From positions 36,077-100,076 of the IMG/VR virus record IMGVR_UViG_3300032236_001771: a stretch of 64,000 bases of DNA. The stretch is one strand, 5' to 3'. A program made the position numbers and the translations under genes. This document shows, in pieces, positions 30,066 through 40,121 of this stretch. Under the pieces are notes generated by a model. It did no database searches. It was given only the letters and a program-made list of their open reading frames with translations, and was not told the DNA's origin. Position 1 is the stretch's first letter. Every line of letters begins with the position of its first letter. Source of the DNA: a virus.

Positions 30066-31118
30066 ATGTATAACGACGAGTTTTCTCAATACTTAGTAGA
30101 AAGCACTTCTAATTATTTTGATCGTTATGGTATGATGTATGGTGAAAATAGTATTGGTGATGATGATGAATTTGATGCTATTGTAGAAGGAATTATTGAA
30201 GATTTACTTGATGATGGCTATAATGTTTCTGAATGTATTGATATTCTTGAAGATCTTGATGATGAAGATGTAGAAGAACTTTTTGAAGCAATGCTTATTG
30301 AAGCATCTGATGCTTATTATGCGAGTGCTGCTAAAACCTCTCAAGATAATGCTGCAAGAAATAAAGCAGCTCGCAGAGAAAAGGCTAGAGCAGCGAATGT
30401 TCAAATGAGAAAAAATAGGGCAGAAAGACAAAAAGCAGAAAGGTCTGCTTCTAGACAAGCAAAAGTTTCGGCTGTTAAAGGTGCTGTAAAAGGATTTTTA
30501 AGAAAAGCCAAATCAAAAGCCGTAGGAGCTGTTGCTGGTGCCGCAATGACTGCCTCTCGCAAAAAAGCAGATGTTCAAGCTGCTGGGCAAAAAGTTAAGA
30601 GTGGTATTTTAAGCAAAGTAAGTAGAGCTGCTCAAAAAGTTTCTAATGTTGCTGGTAGAGTTGCTGCCAAAACAGCACAACAACCTACTAAAAAATCTGT
30701 TCCCGCTTCTGCTGGAGCTATTCATAGAGGAGTTTCTACATCAACACCTAAGAAACCAACAGCATCTAAAACATCTTCTACAAAAGCACTTCCTCCAGCA
30801 AAAGAATCTCCTCGTATGGCTGCTGCTAAACAAAAATTAGCAAAAGCAGCTACAGGAAGTAAAGCAAGAGGTACTCGTTTTGTTGGACCTGAAGGCCAAG
30901 TAGCTTCAAAACGTGCTAATACAGATATTCAAGGGGCTCGTCAAAAATTTGCTAAGAGAATCGGACTTGGTGAAGAATTTGATGTGTTTGATATTGTTCT
31001 TGACTATATATTAAGTGAAGAATACGCAGTGTCTTATAAAGATGCATATGTTATTATGAATGAACTTGATGAAGAAACGATTGATGCTATTCTTGAAGAA
31101 AGCGGATATATTATTTGA
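30066..31118 (+). CDS. Ala/Lys-rich conserved cyanophage protein (probable virion/internal protein)
   Basis: 350 aa; acidic N- and C-terminal modules flanking basic Ala/Lys core. Confidence 0.55.
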   Translation: MYNDEFSQYLVESTSNYFDRYGMMYGENSIGDDDEFDAIVEGIIEDLLDDGYNVSECIDILEDLDDEDVEELFEAMLIEASDAYYASAAKTSQDNAARNKAARREKARAANVQMRKNRAERQKAERSASRQAKVSAVKGAVKGFLRKAKSKAVGAVAGAAMTASRKKADVQAAGQKVKSGILSKVSRAAQKVSNVAGRVAAKTAQQPTKKSVPASAGAIHRGVSTSTPKKPTASKTSSTKALPPAKESPRMAAAKQKLAKAATGSKARGTRFVGPEGQVASKRANTDIQGARQKFAKRIGLGEEFDVFDIVLDYILSEEYAVSYKDAYVIMNELDEETIDAILEESGYII

Positions 31119-31155
31119 TTTGTATTTAATTTAAAATTATCGGAGGTTATTTAAA

Positions 31156-31353
31156 ATGTTAACGACTGTTTTTCTAACTAAATTGTTTTTGACTGTTGCT
31201 CCAGCCGGATTTAAAGTAAGTCCTTCTTGGATTGTTGGTTTACTTCTTGTTATTTCTGAATATCTTGGGAGCAATCCTAAGATTAAAGAAAATAGCGTAT
31301 ATCAACTTGCAGTTTCATTTTTGAAAGCTGTGGGTGGTATGTTTAATAAGTGA
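31156..31353 (+). CDS. small membrane-associated hypothetical protein
   Basis: 65 aa with hydrophobic segment. Confidence 0.5.
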   Translation: MLTTVFLTKLFLTVAPAGFKVSPSWIVGLLLVISEYLGSNPKIKENSVYQLAVSFLKAVGGMFNK

Positions 31354-31376
31354 TAATCAGTTAAAATAAATTTTTT

Positions 31377-31408
31377 AACCACACTCCAAATACGAGTGTG
31401 GTTTTTTT
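31377..31408 (+). terminator. strong intrinsic terminator
   Basis: AACCACACTC-CAAATAC-GAGTGTGGTT then T-tract. Confidence 0.9.
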
Positions 31409-31415
31409 ATAAATA
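31408..31415 (+). promoter_or_regulatory. late promoter motif TATAAATA
   Basis: exact motif, immediately downstream of the terminator T-tract, 37 nt before ORF 31453. Confidence 0.6.
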
Positions 31416-31452
31416 TTTTAAGATATAAAAGTAATTTTTAGGAGCATAAACA

Positions 31453-32760
31453 ATGCCTCTCTGGGGTTCGGGTTCAAATCACGTAGTCTTTACAGCAGAC
31501 GCTACAAACAATTCTTACAGATTAAATAATGTAACGGTAGGTGTTGGTTTTACTAGCACTGATATTCATTTGGGACAATTAGTAGTTAGCACTGGAACTA
31601 CTGGTATTCCTTATGATAGTCGCATTGCCAATATTGGACTTGGTACTACATATATTGATTTAACTAATCCATATATTGCTGGAACTGGCACTACTATTTC
31701 ATTTGATGCTAATGATGCATATAAGCCAGAAAAAGCTATTGTTGGAAATAAAGCATTTGAAGGATATAATACATTTGCTACAGAACGTGGATGGGTTCAA
31801 AGGCATTATAAAAAAAGAATTGCTTTTACTGGTGTTGTTACTTCTGGTTCAACCACAATCAGCAATGTTGTAGTTGGCAATGGCTCTACTGCTGCTGATT
31901 TTCAGCTTGGTCAATTAGTTGGTGGTATTGGGGTTCCTGGTGATCCAACTGATAAAAAAGGTAATTATATTACACAACTTTTACCTGCCGCTGGATCTGG
32001 AGTTACTGGAATTGTTCTTAGTGATACAGCTTCTCTTTCTGGTACTACTGTTGCATTAAGTGCTTATAATTATTGGGATGAAGTTATTGTTAGTGCTAGA
32101 GAGCTTTCTTCAAGACTTGGAGAACCTGAAATTCAAGCAGTTTCTTTTGATAAAGCTTCCTATTCCGTCAATACCACAGGATACGTTATTATATCATTTA
32201 ATGAACCTGTTAATGTTATGGGAACAGGTTCTACGTTAATTGTTAATAACAGTAGCACAGGAAACACTACTGCTTCATATGCTTATGGTTCTGGAACAAA
32301 TAGAATTCATTATAGCTTTGGTACTGGTCTTACCGGAACTCTCTCAATTACTTCACAAACACTTGCTGGAGCTGGAGCTACAATTGCAGGATTAGATCAA
32401 AATTATTCAACACTTTCATTCCCAGCTACATTAACTACTGGAAGTAGAGTTGCAACTGGAGTGACCACAACGACATCACTTAAAGTTGGACAACCAATTG
32501 TTTCTACTGGATTTACTGCTTCAACTCAAATTGTTTCAGTTTCTTCTGGTGGTACTACAATTACATTAAGTACTTCTGCTTTAAGTACTGGTACTACTAC
32601 AGTTTCTATTTCTGAAGCTAATGCTAGAACTCAAATTTATTCTTCGTATCTCATTGGTGCTGGAATAACTAGTCTTTCTTTATCTGGGACAGTTCCCACT
32701 TATCCTGGGACTTCAATTTTTTATTATGGTGGAAATACTATTACAGCCGCCGTTTCTTAA
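31453..32760 (+). CDS. virion structural protein
   Basis: 435 aa Ser/Thr/Gly-rich repetitive beta protein, MPLWGSGSNHVVFTADATNNSYRLNNVTVGVGF start typical of cyanophage structural proteins; late promoter. Confidence 0.6.
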   Translation: MPLWGSGSNHVVFTADATNNSYRLNNVTVGVGFTSTDIHLGQLVVSTGTTGIPYDSRIANIGLGTTYIDLTNPYIAGTGTTISFDANDAYKPEKAIVGNKAFEGYNTFATERGWVQRHYKKRIAFTGVVTSGSTTISNVVVGNGSTAADFQLGQLVGGIGVPGDPTDKKGNYITQLLPAAGSGVTGIVLSDTASLSGTTVALSAYNYWDEVIVSARELSSRLGEPEIQAVSFDKASYSVNTTGYVIISFNEPVNVMGTGSTLIVNNSSTGNTTASYAYGSGTNRIHYSFGTGLTGTLSITSQTLAGAGATIAGLDQNYSTLSFPATLTTGSRVATGVTTTTSLKVGQPIVSTGFTASTQIVSVSSGGTTITLSTSALSTGTTTVSISEANARTQIYSSYLIGAGITSLSLSGTVPTYPGTSIFYYGGNTITAAVS

Positions 32761-32768
32761 TATAAATT

Positions 32769-33137
32769 ATGCAATTTAATGAGTTGAATAAAGATAATTA
32801 TATTATATTTGCTATTAAACATTATGATAATCCAAATTGTGTAACAAAAGAAGAGTTTTTTGATGATATGAATAAATTTAAACATGTCAAAAAACTCTTT
32901 AATTTATATCAAAAATCGGGAGTATTAAAGACACATTTAATACTAAATCATATTATAACTTTATATAATTTGTTTGGTGATGCAGCTACACCATTATTAC
33001 TTTTTAAAGTAGGGTGTGATAATTGGTCAGCATTAAAGACGTTTATGATATATCTCAATAGATATCCAGAAATTACATCATCTTTAGACAATATAAAAAT
33101 TGATGAAATTTGTTTTAAGGAGCTTAGATTAATTTAA
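32769..33137 (+). CDS. conserved hypothetical protein (possible baseplate hub assembly, gp26-like)
   Basis: 122 aa, structural-gene neighbourhood. Confidence 0.4.
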   Translation: MQFNELNKDNYIIFAIKHYDNPNCVTKEEFFDDMNKFKHVKKLFNLYQKSGVLKTHLILNHIITLYNLFGDAATPLLLFKVGCDNWSALKTFMIYLNRYPEITSSLDNIKIDEICFKELRLI

Positions 33138-33691
33138 TGAGTAAATTAAAAGAAGATGGTATGGGTGCAGGAGCACCAGTAAGTAATACTGGTTCTACTT
33201 CCTCATCTGCAGGATTATCCAGTTCAGCAACTGGATCAATAAAAGGATATGACCCAATTATGAGTCGTAAGAAAAGAAAAAAAGAAATGGAAGAAGAGAA
33301 TATAGATAGTACTACTCAAAAATCTAGAAATAGATTTAAAAAAAATGCCATAGCAAAACCAGATGAAACTCTTATTGGAGATAATGCTTTGGAACGTTTT
33401 AGTGAAAATAAAACATTAAATCAATTTAGAGAGGATTGTAGATTTGTGATTAAACGCGGACATTTAAATGAAGACGTTTATGATTCCCTATATAAGATAG
33501 CGGGTCAAAAAAGACCTGGGCACATATGTCTTGCAGATAGAGGGGTCATTCAAGTAGACCCAATGATGGCGTCATTTTTGGTAAATACAATTTCTTCATT
33601 AGATCTTGAACAACAAAAATTATTTCGTGAAATGATGAATAGGAATGTCCTTGCTTTTATGTATGTTTTAAAAACACTTAAAAGAAAGTAG
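33137..33691 (+). CDS. conserved hypothetical protein
   Basis: 184 aa; 1-nt coupled with previous ORF. Confidence 0.55.
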   Translation: MSKLKEDGMGAGAPVSNTGSTSSSAGLSSSATGSIKGYDPIMSRKKRKKEMEEENIDSTTQKSRNRFKKNAIAKPDETLIGDNALERFSENKTLNQFREDCRFVIKRGHLNEDVYDSLYKIAGQKRPGHICLADRGVIQVDPMMASFLVNTISSLDLEQQKLFREMMNRNVLAFMYVLKTLKRK

Positions 33692-33699
33692 GAGGCTTA

Positions 33700-34143
33700 A
33701 TGGACAATCAGGAATCTCGCATTTCAATCTTGGAAAACAAAACGCAGTATTATGATAATTTTTTAACCAAGGTTGATACTGCTATTGATAGGATGTCTGA
33801 AGCATCTTCTCGTATTAGCCAAATGTTAGCAGTTCATGAAGAAAGATTGCAACATGCATCAAAAACAGATGAAATGATTTTATCATTATTTGAAACCAAT
33901 AAAGCCGATACTCACAAAAAAATTGAATCTATTAGGGATTTTTCTGAAGAAGAAAGTAAAGGAATTCACACTAAAATAGAAAAAATACAAAAAGACATTT
34001 CCGATTTACAAAAACTCAAATGGGTAGTAAATGGCATTGGAATTGCTGCTAGTATTGCTGTGGTTGCTATTGCGGGACTCTTCCAAGGAATGATGGTTCC
34101 TCAAAATTCCTCTCATAATTCAGACACACATCAAGTCCAATAG
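33700..34143 (+). CDS. coiled-coil protein with C-terminal transmembrane segment (holin candidate)
   Basis: 147 aa; WVVNGIGIAASIAVVAIAGLFQG TM helix after coiled coil. Confidence 0.45.
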   Translation: MDNQESRISILENKTQYYDNFLTKVDTAIDRMSEASSRISQMLAVHEERLQHASKTDEMILSLFETNKADTHKKIESIRDFSEEESKGIHTKIEKIQKDISDLQKLKWVVNGIGIAASIAVVAIAGLFQGMMVPQNSSHNSDTHQVQ

Positions 34144-34145
34144 CC

Positions 34146-34174
34146 TTGACAATCGGTAATTTGTGTGGTATACT
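34146..34174 (+). promoter_or_regulatory. sigma70-type promoter for primase/nrd operon
   Basis: TTGACA (34146-34151), 17 nt, TATACT (34169-34174). Confidence 0.8.
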
Positions 34175-34203
34175 GAAAGTTGTCTCCAATACAGTGTGAT
34201 TAA

Positions 34204-35205
34204 ATGAGCATTATTGACACAACTTATATTAATTTGCTCTCATCTAATTTAAGAAACTTTAAACGAAAAAAAGATTATCTTTATAATTTTTCTTGCCCTT
34301 ATTGCGGTGATTCTTCTAAGAACAAGAACAAAGCAAGGGGGTATTTTTATCGGCAAAAAAATGACATGTTTTTTAAATGTCATAATTGCAGTATTGGTAA
34401 AACACTTGCAAATTTTTTAAAAGATAATAATAAATTATTATATGATCAATATTTGATGGAAAGATATAAAAGTGGATTGACCGGAAAAAATACTCCTGTA
34501 CCAAATCCTAAATTTGAGTTTGAAAAACCTAAATTTACTCATACAATTTTTTCTAATCTTCCTACAATTTTAGATTTAGATGAAAATCATCACGCAAAAA
34601 AATATCTTAAAAGTAGAAGAATACCAGAAAAATTCTTGTCTAAATTATATTATGCCGAGAAATTTTTTGAATGGAGTTCGTCATTTGAATCTAATTATGC
34701 CAATAGTGAAAAAGATGAAGACAGAATTGTTATTCCATTTTTTTCAGAAAATAAAGAAATTTATGGATATCAAGGTCGTTCTCTTAATCCAAAATCAAAT
34801 CTTAGGTATATCACAAAAACCCTTAATTCAAATTATCCCAAAGTATATGGACTTGATACTATAAACAAAACTAAAACAGTTTATATTACTGAAGGTCCAT
34901 TTGATAGCATGTTTTTAGATAATGCTATTGCTATGGGTGGGGCTGATGTTAATGTCTCTAATATTTTAGATAAATCAAAAATTGTTATGATTTTTGATAA
35001 TGAACCAAGAAATACAGAAATTATTAACAGGATGGAAAAAACAATATTTAATAATTATTCTATTGTAATTTGGCCTATTGATTTAAAATATAAAGATATT
35101 AATGATATTGTTTTAGCTGATATGGATGTCCAAAGTATGGTGTTAGATAATACTTACCACGGATTAGAAGCACAAGTAAAATTATCTCAATGGAAAAAAG
35201 TTTAA
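34204..35205 (+). CDS. gp61: DNA primase
   Basis: FSCPYCGDSSKNKNKARGYFY zinc ribbon, YITEGPFDSMFLDNAIAMGGAD Toprim. Confidence 0.93.
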   Translation: MSIIDTTYINLLSSNLRNFKRKKDYLYNFSCPYCGDSSKNKNKARGYFYRQKNDMFFKCHNCSIGKTLANFLKDNNKLLYDQYLMERYKSGLTGKNTPVPNPKFEFEKPKFTHTIFSNLPTILDLDENHHAKKYLKSRRIPEKFLSKLYYAEKFFEWSSSFESNYANSEKDEDRIVIPFFSENKEIYGYQGRSLNPKSNLRYITKTLNSNYPKVYGLDTINKTKTVYITEGPFDSMFLDNAIAMGGADVNVSNILDKSKIVMIFDNEPRNTEIINRMEKTIFNNYSIVIWPIDLKYKDINDIVLADMDVQSMVLDNTYHGLEAQVKLSQWKKV

Positions 35206-37508
35206 TGGCAAACGGAATCAAAGTAAAAAAACGAGACGGTAAAATTGAATTATTGAATTTAGAAAAAATTCATATTATGGTAGATAATGCTTGTGAAGGA
35301 TTATCTAATGTTTCTGCTTCACAAGTAGAAATGAATTCAGGACTTCAATTTTATGATGGAATTAGTACTGATGAAATTCAGCAAATTCTTGTTCGTAGTG
35401 CAAGCGATTTAATTACTCTTGATAATCCAAATTATCAATATGTTGCTGCTAGACTTTTACTATTTGGACTTCGTAAAACAGTATTTGGTGATGATTGGAA
35501 AAATGGTCTTCCTTCAGTAAAAAATCATCTTGATACTGGAATTAATATTGGAGTTTATGATGATGAACTTCAAAATAAATATTCAAATGATGAGTGGGAT
35601 AAAATTAATTTATTTGTTGATCACGAAAGAGATTTTATTTTTTCTTACGCTGGTCTTCGTCAAGTTGTTGATAAGTATTTGGTTCAAGATCGTAGTAGTG
35701 GTGTAATTTTTGAAACACCACAATATATGTATATTTTGATAGCAGCTACGTTATTTCAAAATTATTCAAAAGAAATTCGTCTATCATACGTTAAAAAGTA
35801 CTATGACGCAATCAGCAAGCACAAAATCAACATCCCAACACCAATTATGGCAGGAGTACGAACACCTCTACGCCAATTTGCATCTTGTGTTCTTATTGAT
35901 ACAGATGATACCCTCAATAGTATCTTTAGCAGTGACATGGCTATTGGTAGATACGTCGCACAAAGAGCTGGTATTGGCATTAATGCGGGCAGAATTCGTG
36001 GGATCAATTCTAAGATCAGAGGTGGAGAAGTGCAGCACACAGGAATTATACCATTCCTTAAAAAATTTGAGTCAACTGTACGATGCTGCACTCAAAACGG
36101 CATCAGAGGTGGTTCTGCAACAACGTTTTTTCCTATATGGCACCAAGAGATAGAAGATATTATTGTTCTTAAAAATAATAAAGGAACTGAAGATAATAGA
36201 GTTCGTAAATTAGATTATGGTATTCAAATATCTAAACTTTTTTATGAACGATTTATTAAAAATCAAGAAATTACGTTATTTTCCCCAAACGATGTTCCTG
36301 GTCTTTATGATGCTTTTGGTACTGATAACTTTGATAGTCTTTATGTAAAATATGAGAAAGATAATTCTATTCGTAAAAAATCTATTGGTGCTCAAGAATT
36401 ATTTTTGGATATTTTAAAAGAAAGGGCTGAAACTGGTCGTATTTATATTATGAATATTGATCACTGTAATTCTCATAGTTCTTTTAAAGATAAAGTTAAT
36501 ATGAGTAATCTTTGTATGGAAATTACTTTACCAACTAAACCAATTGATCATATTGATGATTCAACTGGTGAAATTGCTACTTGTATTCTTTCTGCTATTA
36601 ATGTTGGTAAATTAAATTCTCTTGATGAATTGGAATTGTTGTGTGATTTATCAGTTCGTGGTCTTGATGAATTAATTGATTATCAAGGATATCCTGTTGA
36701 GGCAGCTAAAAATTCAACTATTAATCGTCGTTCTTTGGGTGTAGGATATATTGGGTTGGCACATTATTTGGCTAAAAATAAAGTTAAATATTCAGATAAA
36801 AAAGCTTTGGATCTTGTTCATAATTTAACAGAGGCATTTCAATATTATTTGATAAAATCTAGCAATAATCTTGCTAAAGAAAAAGGTCCTTGTGGGTGGT
36901 TTAATAAAACAAAATATTCTGATGGAGTATTGCCAATTGATACATATAAGAAAGAGGTTGATGAGTTAGTTTCAATTGAATTAAATTATGATTGGGAAAC
37001 TCTTAGAAAAGATATTTTACAATGGGGTCTTCGTAATTCTACACTTTCAGCACAAATGCCATCTGAAAGTAGTTCAGTAGTATCAAATGAAACTAATGGA
37101 ATTGAACCTCCTCGTGGATTCTTGTCTATAAAAAAATCTAAAAAAGGACCTCTCAAACAGATTGTTCCTCAATACAATACCCTTAAAAATTATTATACTC
37201 TTTTATGGGATATGCCAGATAATTCTGGTTATATTAATATTGTTTCTGTAATGCAAAAATTCTTTGATCAAGCCATTTCTGGCAATTGGTCATACAATCC
37301 AGAACATTATCCTGATAATGAAGTTCCTGTTTCTGAAATGGCTAAAGATTTATTAAATACATATCGTTATGGTTGGAAAACTTCATACTATCAAAACACA
37401 TACGATTTTAAAAAAGATGATGATATTGAAGAAAAAACTGAAAGCAAACTTAATGATATTTTACTAGAATTACAAGGAGAAGAAAATTGTGACTCATGCT
37501 CAATCTAA
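35190..37508 (+). CDS. nrdA: ribonucleoside-diphosphate reductase alpha subunit
   Basis: FASCVLIDTDD, NLCMEITLPTKP, MPSESSSVVSNETNGIEPPRG. Confidence 0.96.
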   Translation: MEKSLMANGIKVKKRDGKIELLNLEKIHIMVDNACEGLSNVSASQVEMNSGLQFYDGISTDEIQQILVRSASDLITLDNPNYQYVAARLLLFGLRKTVFGDDWKNGLPSVKNHLDTGINIGVYDDELQNKYSNDEWDKINLFVDHERDFIFSYAGLRQVVDKYLVQDRSSGVIFETPQYMYILIAATLFQNYSKEIRLSYVKKYYDAISKHKINIPTPIMAGVRTPLRQFASCVLIDTDDTLNSIFSSDMAIGRYVAQRAGIGINAGRIRGINSKIRGGEVQHTGIIPFLKKFESTVRCCTQNGIRGGSATTFFPIWHQEIEDIIVLKNNKGTEDNRVRKLDYGIQISKLFYERFIKNQEITLFSPNDVPGLYDAFGTDNFDSLYVKYEKDNSIRKKSIGAQELFLDILKERAETGRIYIMNIDHCNSHSSFKDKVNMSNLCMEITLPTKPIDHIDDSTGEIATCILSAINVGKLNSLDELELLCDLSVRGLDELIDYQGYPVEAAKNSTINRRSLGVGYIGLAHYLAKNKVKYSDKKALDLVHNLTEAFQYYLIKSSNNLAKEKGPCGWFNKTKYSDGVLPIDTYKKEVDELVSIELNYDWETLRKDILQWGLRNSTLSAQMPSESSSVVSNETNGIEPPRGFLSIKKSKKGPLKQIVPQYNTLKNYYTLLWDMPDNSGYINIVSVMQKFFDQAISGNWSYNPEHYPDNEVPVSEMAKDLLNTYRYGWKTSYYQNTYDFKKDDDIEEKTESKLNDILLELQGEENCDSCSI

Positions 37509-37671
37509 AAAAATATATAATTTACCATTAGAATACTGTGAGTGGGAAGATGAACTTTATATTAAATTTCCAGAAGAAATGGTAAAAGGTCTTGACTGGG
37601 ATGAATCTGATATGTTAGAGTGGGAAGTGATAGACGACAAAACAGTAGTAATTACGAGGAAAAACAATTAA
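37489..37671 (+). CDS. small AbrB-like protein
   Basis: LEWEVIDDKTVVITRK tail, 60 aa between nrdA and nrdB. Confidence 0.5.
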   Translation: MTHAQSKKIYNLPLEYCEWEDELYIKFPEEMVKGLDWDESDMLEWEVIDDKTVVITRKNN

Positions 37672-38837
37672 TGGAATTTGTTATGGATACTAACCGTGAT
37701 ATTAAAGGTATGACAGTATTTAATTCAAACAAAGTAGATACAAAAATGCAACCTATGTTTTTTGGACAACCTCTTGGTATTCAAAGATATGACACATATA
37801 AGTATCCAATTTTTGAAAAATTAACAGAACAACAAATGGGATATTTCTGGAGACCTCAAGAGATATCTCTACAAAAAGATCGTGCAGATTATCAAACTCT
37901 TCGTCCAGAACAAAAACATATTTTTACAGCAAATTTAAAATATCAAGTTATGCTTGATTCGGTTCAAGGTCGTGGTCCTGGTATGGCATTTACTCCATAT
38001 TGTTCATTGCCAGAATTAGAATCTGCTATGAAATTTTGGGAAACAATGGAAATGATTCATTCACGTTCTTATACTTATATTATTAAGAATGTGTATGCAG
38101 ATCCTTCGGAAGTTTTTGATACTATTCTTGATGATGAAAATATTATGAGACGAGCAAAAACAGTTACTGCATCATATGATGATTTTATTAATTGTGCTCA
38201 AACTTGGGCTAGTGGATGTTTATGGCAAATGGAAAACGGACATGAAACAGCTTCTTATGAATTAAAAGAATTGAAAAGAAAACTATATAAAGCTGTTGTT
38301 AATGTTAATATTCTTGAAGGTATACGTTTTTATGTATCTTTTGCTTGTAGTTTTGGGTTTGGTGAACTCAAGCTTATGGAAGGTAGTGCCAAAATTATTT
38401 CCTTAATTGCTAGGGATGAAAATCAACATTTAGTGCTTACTCAAAATATTATTAAAAATTGGGTTAATGGTGATGATTCAACAATTTTGGAAATTATGAA
38501 AGAGGAAGAACAAAATGTATATGAAATGTTTAAAATTGCTGTAAATGAAGAAAAGCAATGGGCAGAATATTTGTTTAAAGAAGGTTCAATGATTGGATTA
38601 AATGCTAAACTTCTTAATTCATATGTTGAATGGATTGCTAATCTTCGCATGAAGGCAATTGGATTAAATCCAATTTTTGATATTTCTGTAAAAAATAATC
38701 CACTTCCTTGGACTTCTCATTGGTTAAATTCTAAAGATGTTCAAGTAGCACCTCAGGAAACAGAAATTACTTCGTATTTAGTTGGTGGAATCAAACAAGA
38801 TATGCAAAAAAATAGTTTTGTTGGATTTCAACTTTAA
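37671..38837 (+). CDS. nrdB: ribonucleoside-diphosphate reductase beta subunit
   Basis: FGQPLGIQRYDTYKYPIFEKLTEQQMGYFWRPQEI, ESAMKFWETMEMIHSRSYTYI; ATG 37671 preferred over track start 37620. Confidence 0.95.
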   Translation: MEFVMDTNRDIKGMTVFNSNKVDTKMQPMFFGQPLGIQRYDTYKYPIFEKLTEQQMGYFWRPQEISLQKDRADYQTLRPEQKHIFTANLKYQVMLDSVQGRGPGMAFTPYCSLPELESAMKFWETMEMIHSRSYTYIIKNVYADPSEVFDTILDDENIMRRAKTVTASYDDFINCAQTWASGCLWQMENGHETASYELKELKRKLYKAVVNVNILEGIRFYVSFACSFGFGELKLMEGSAKIISLIARDENQHLVLTQNIIKNWVNGDDSTILEIMKEEEQNVYEMFKIAVNEEKQWAEYLFKEGSMIGLNAKLLNSYVEWIANLRMKAIGLNPIFDISVKNNPLPWTSHWLNSKDVQVAPQETEITSYLVGGIKQDMQKNSFVGFQL

Positions 38838-38841
38838 TTTT

Positions 38842-38867
38842 AAAGAGGCTCTATGAGCCTCTTTTTT
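38842..38867 (+). terminator. intrinsic terminator after nrdB
   Basis: AAAGAGGCTC-TAT-GAGCCTCTTT then T-tract. Confidence 0.9.
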
Positions 38868-38898
38868 CTAAATATTAATATAAATTCTAAAATATTTT

Positions 38899-39099
38899 AT
38901 GAATACTATTTGGAGAATTTGGTGTAAAGAATTGGGAAATAAAGCATCAAATTGTAATACCGAATCTGATTGGGTTGCTATTTTAAGAACTTTGATATTT
39001 GTTACATATTTTATGACTAACGTATTCATAGTATCAGGAGTAATACGACATTGGAACGACAAGTACTATTCAGATACATTGGAAATGCGTCATTATTAA
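38899..39099 (+). CDS. small membrane protein, conserved in cyanophages
   Basis: 66 aa, one TM segment. Confidence 0.6.
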   Translation: MNTIWRIWCKELGNKASNCNTESDWVAILRTLIFVTYFMTNVFIVSGVIRHWNDKYYSDTLEMRHY

Positions 39100-39275
39100 T
39101 TGGCTATTATTTTTTGCTTTTTATTGATCAAAAAACTGGGTTACTTTTAAGAATTATAGCTCCTATATTTTTTCTCCCTTCTTGCATAAAATTAAAACTT
39201 TGGGATATATTAATTTTAACAGGAGTTTTTCTTGTTATGGATATAACTAAATTGACTCATTTACTTATTAAATAA
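39051..39275 (+). CDS. small membrane protein
   Basis: 74 aa, hydrophobic; overlaps previous stop. Confidence 0.55.
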   Translation: MERQVLFRYIGNASLLIGYYFLLFIDQKTGLLLRIIAPIFFLPSCIKLKLWDILILTGVFLVMDITKLTHLLIK

Positions 39276-39298
39276 ATAAAAAAATAAATGAGTTTATC

Positions 39299-39640
39299 AT
39301 GACAATGAAACCATCTTCGGCTAAGGCTAAGGGTAGAAATTTACAAAAGTGGGTTAGAGAACAATTAATTGAGCAGTTGAATGTTCATCCAGAAGATATT
39401 GAAAGTAGATCAATGGGTGCAGGAGGTGAAGATTTGATTATGGCCAGAGCTGCCAGAAAAAAATTCAATTTTTCAGTAGAATGCAAAAATTGTGAAAAAT
39501 TAAATGTTTGGCAAGCATATGAACAAGCAGAAGCAAATTCTGGAGACTATGAACCAATTGTAGTGATGAAAAAGAATTATAAAAAACCGCTTATTGTTGT
39601 AGATGCAGAATACTTCATATCTTTATTTAAAGAGAAATAA
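39299..39640 (+). CDS. PD-(D/E)XK-type endonuclease
   Basis: MGAGGEDLIMARAARKKFNFSVECKNCEKLNVWQAYEQAEAN (D...ExK). Confidence 0.7.
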   Translation: MTMKPSSAKAKGRNLQKWVREQLIEQLNVHPEDIESRSMGAGGEDLIMARAARKKFNFSVECKNCEKLNVWQAYEQAEANSGDYEPIVVMKKNYKKPLIVVDAEYFISLFKEK

Positions 39641-40075
39641 ATGGAATTTAATTTTAATTTTGGTAAAAAGAAAACTACAATTTTTCAATATGCAATTATT
39701 GGAATTATTTTAACAACTACAGTGGGAATTGTTTCTCAATGTACTAAAATACCAGAAGATAAAATTTATAGAATAGTTGATCAAATACAAAGAAAAATTG
39801 CACCAAATTCTACATTAAATGATTATATTATTCATGATAATCATTTATTAGATATAAGAGTGCATGGAGATGTAGATAACGCAATTTTTGATTATGAAAG
39901 AAAAACTGGTGATTATGGAATTGTTAAATTACCTCCACCAAATTATAGTGAAAAACCAATTGATTCTTCAGTATGTTACACAAAAGAATGCCAGTCTTTA
40001 GGTGGTGAAATGAGATTATGTTCTCCTTGGGTTTTAGATTGTTCAAAAAGTAATGAAATAATCTATACTAAATAG
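39641..40075 (+). CDS. hypothetical protein with N-terminal TM
   Basis: 144 aa; IGIILTTTVGIVSQC. Confidence 0.5.
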   Translation: MEFNFNFGKKKTTIFQYAIIGIILTTTVGIVSQCTKIPEDKIYRIVDQIQRKIAPNSTLNDYIIHDNHLLDIRVHGDVDNAIFDYERKTGDYGIVKLPPPNYSEKPIDSSVCYTKECQSLGGEMRLCSPWVLDCSKSNEIIYTK

Positions 40076-40121
40076 TATTAATTACTATTATTTGAAAATA
40101 AATAAAAACACATAAATAATA

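Noticed and set aside
1500-37508. Inteins or introns in gp17, gp43, uvsX, gp41, nrdA
   Set aside because: All these reading frames are continuous with normal lengths and uninterrupted motifs.
40111-40118. CATAAATA as a late promoter for the GIY-YIG endonuclease at 40122
   Set aside because: Its transcription start would fall at or after the ATG needed for the GIY-YIG motif; the octamer is also not exact. Left unassigned.
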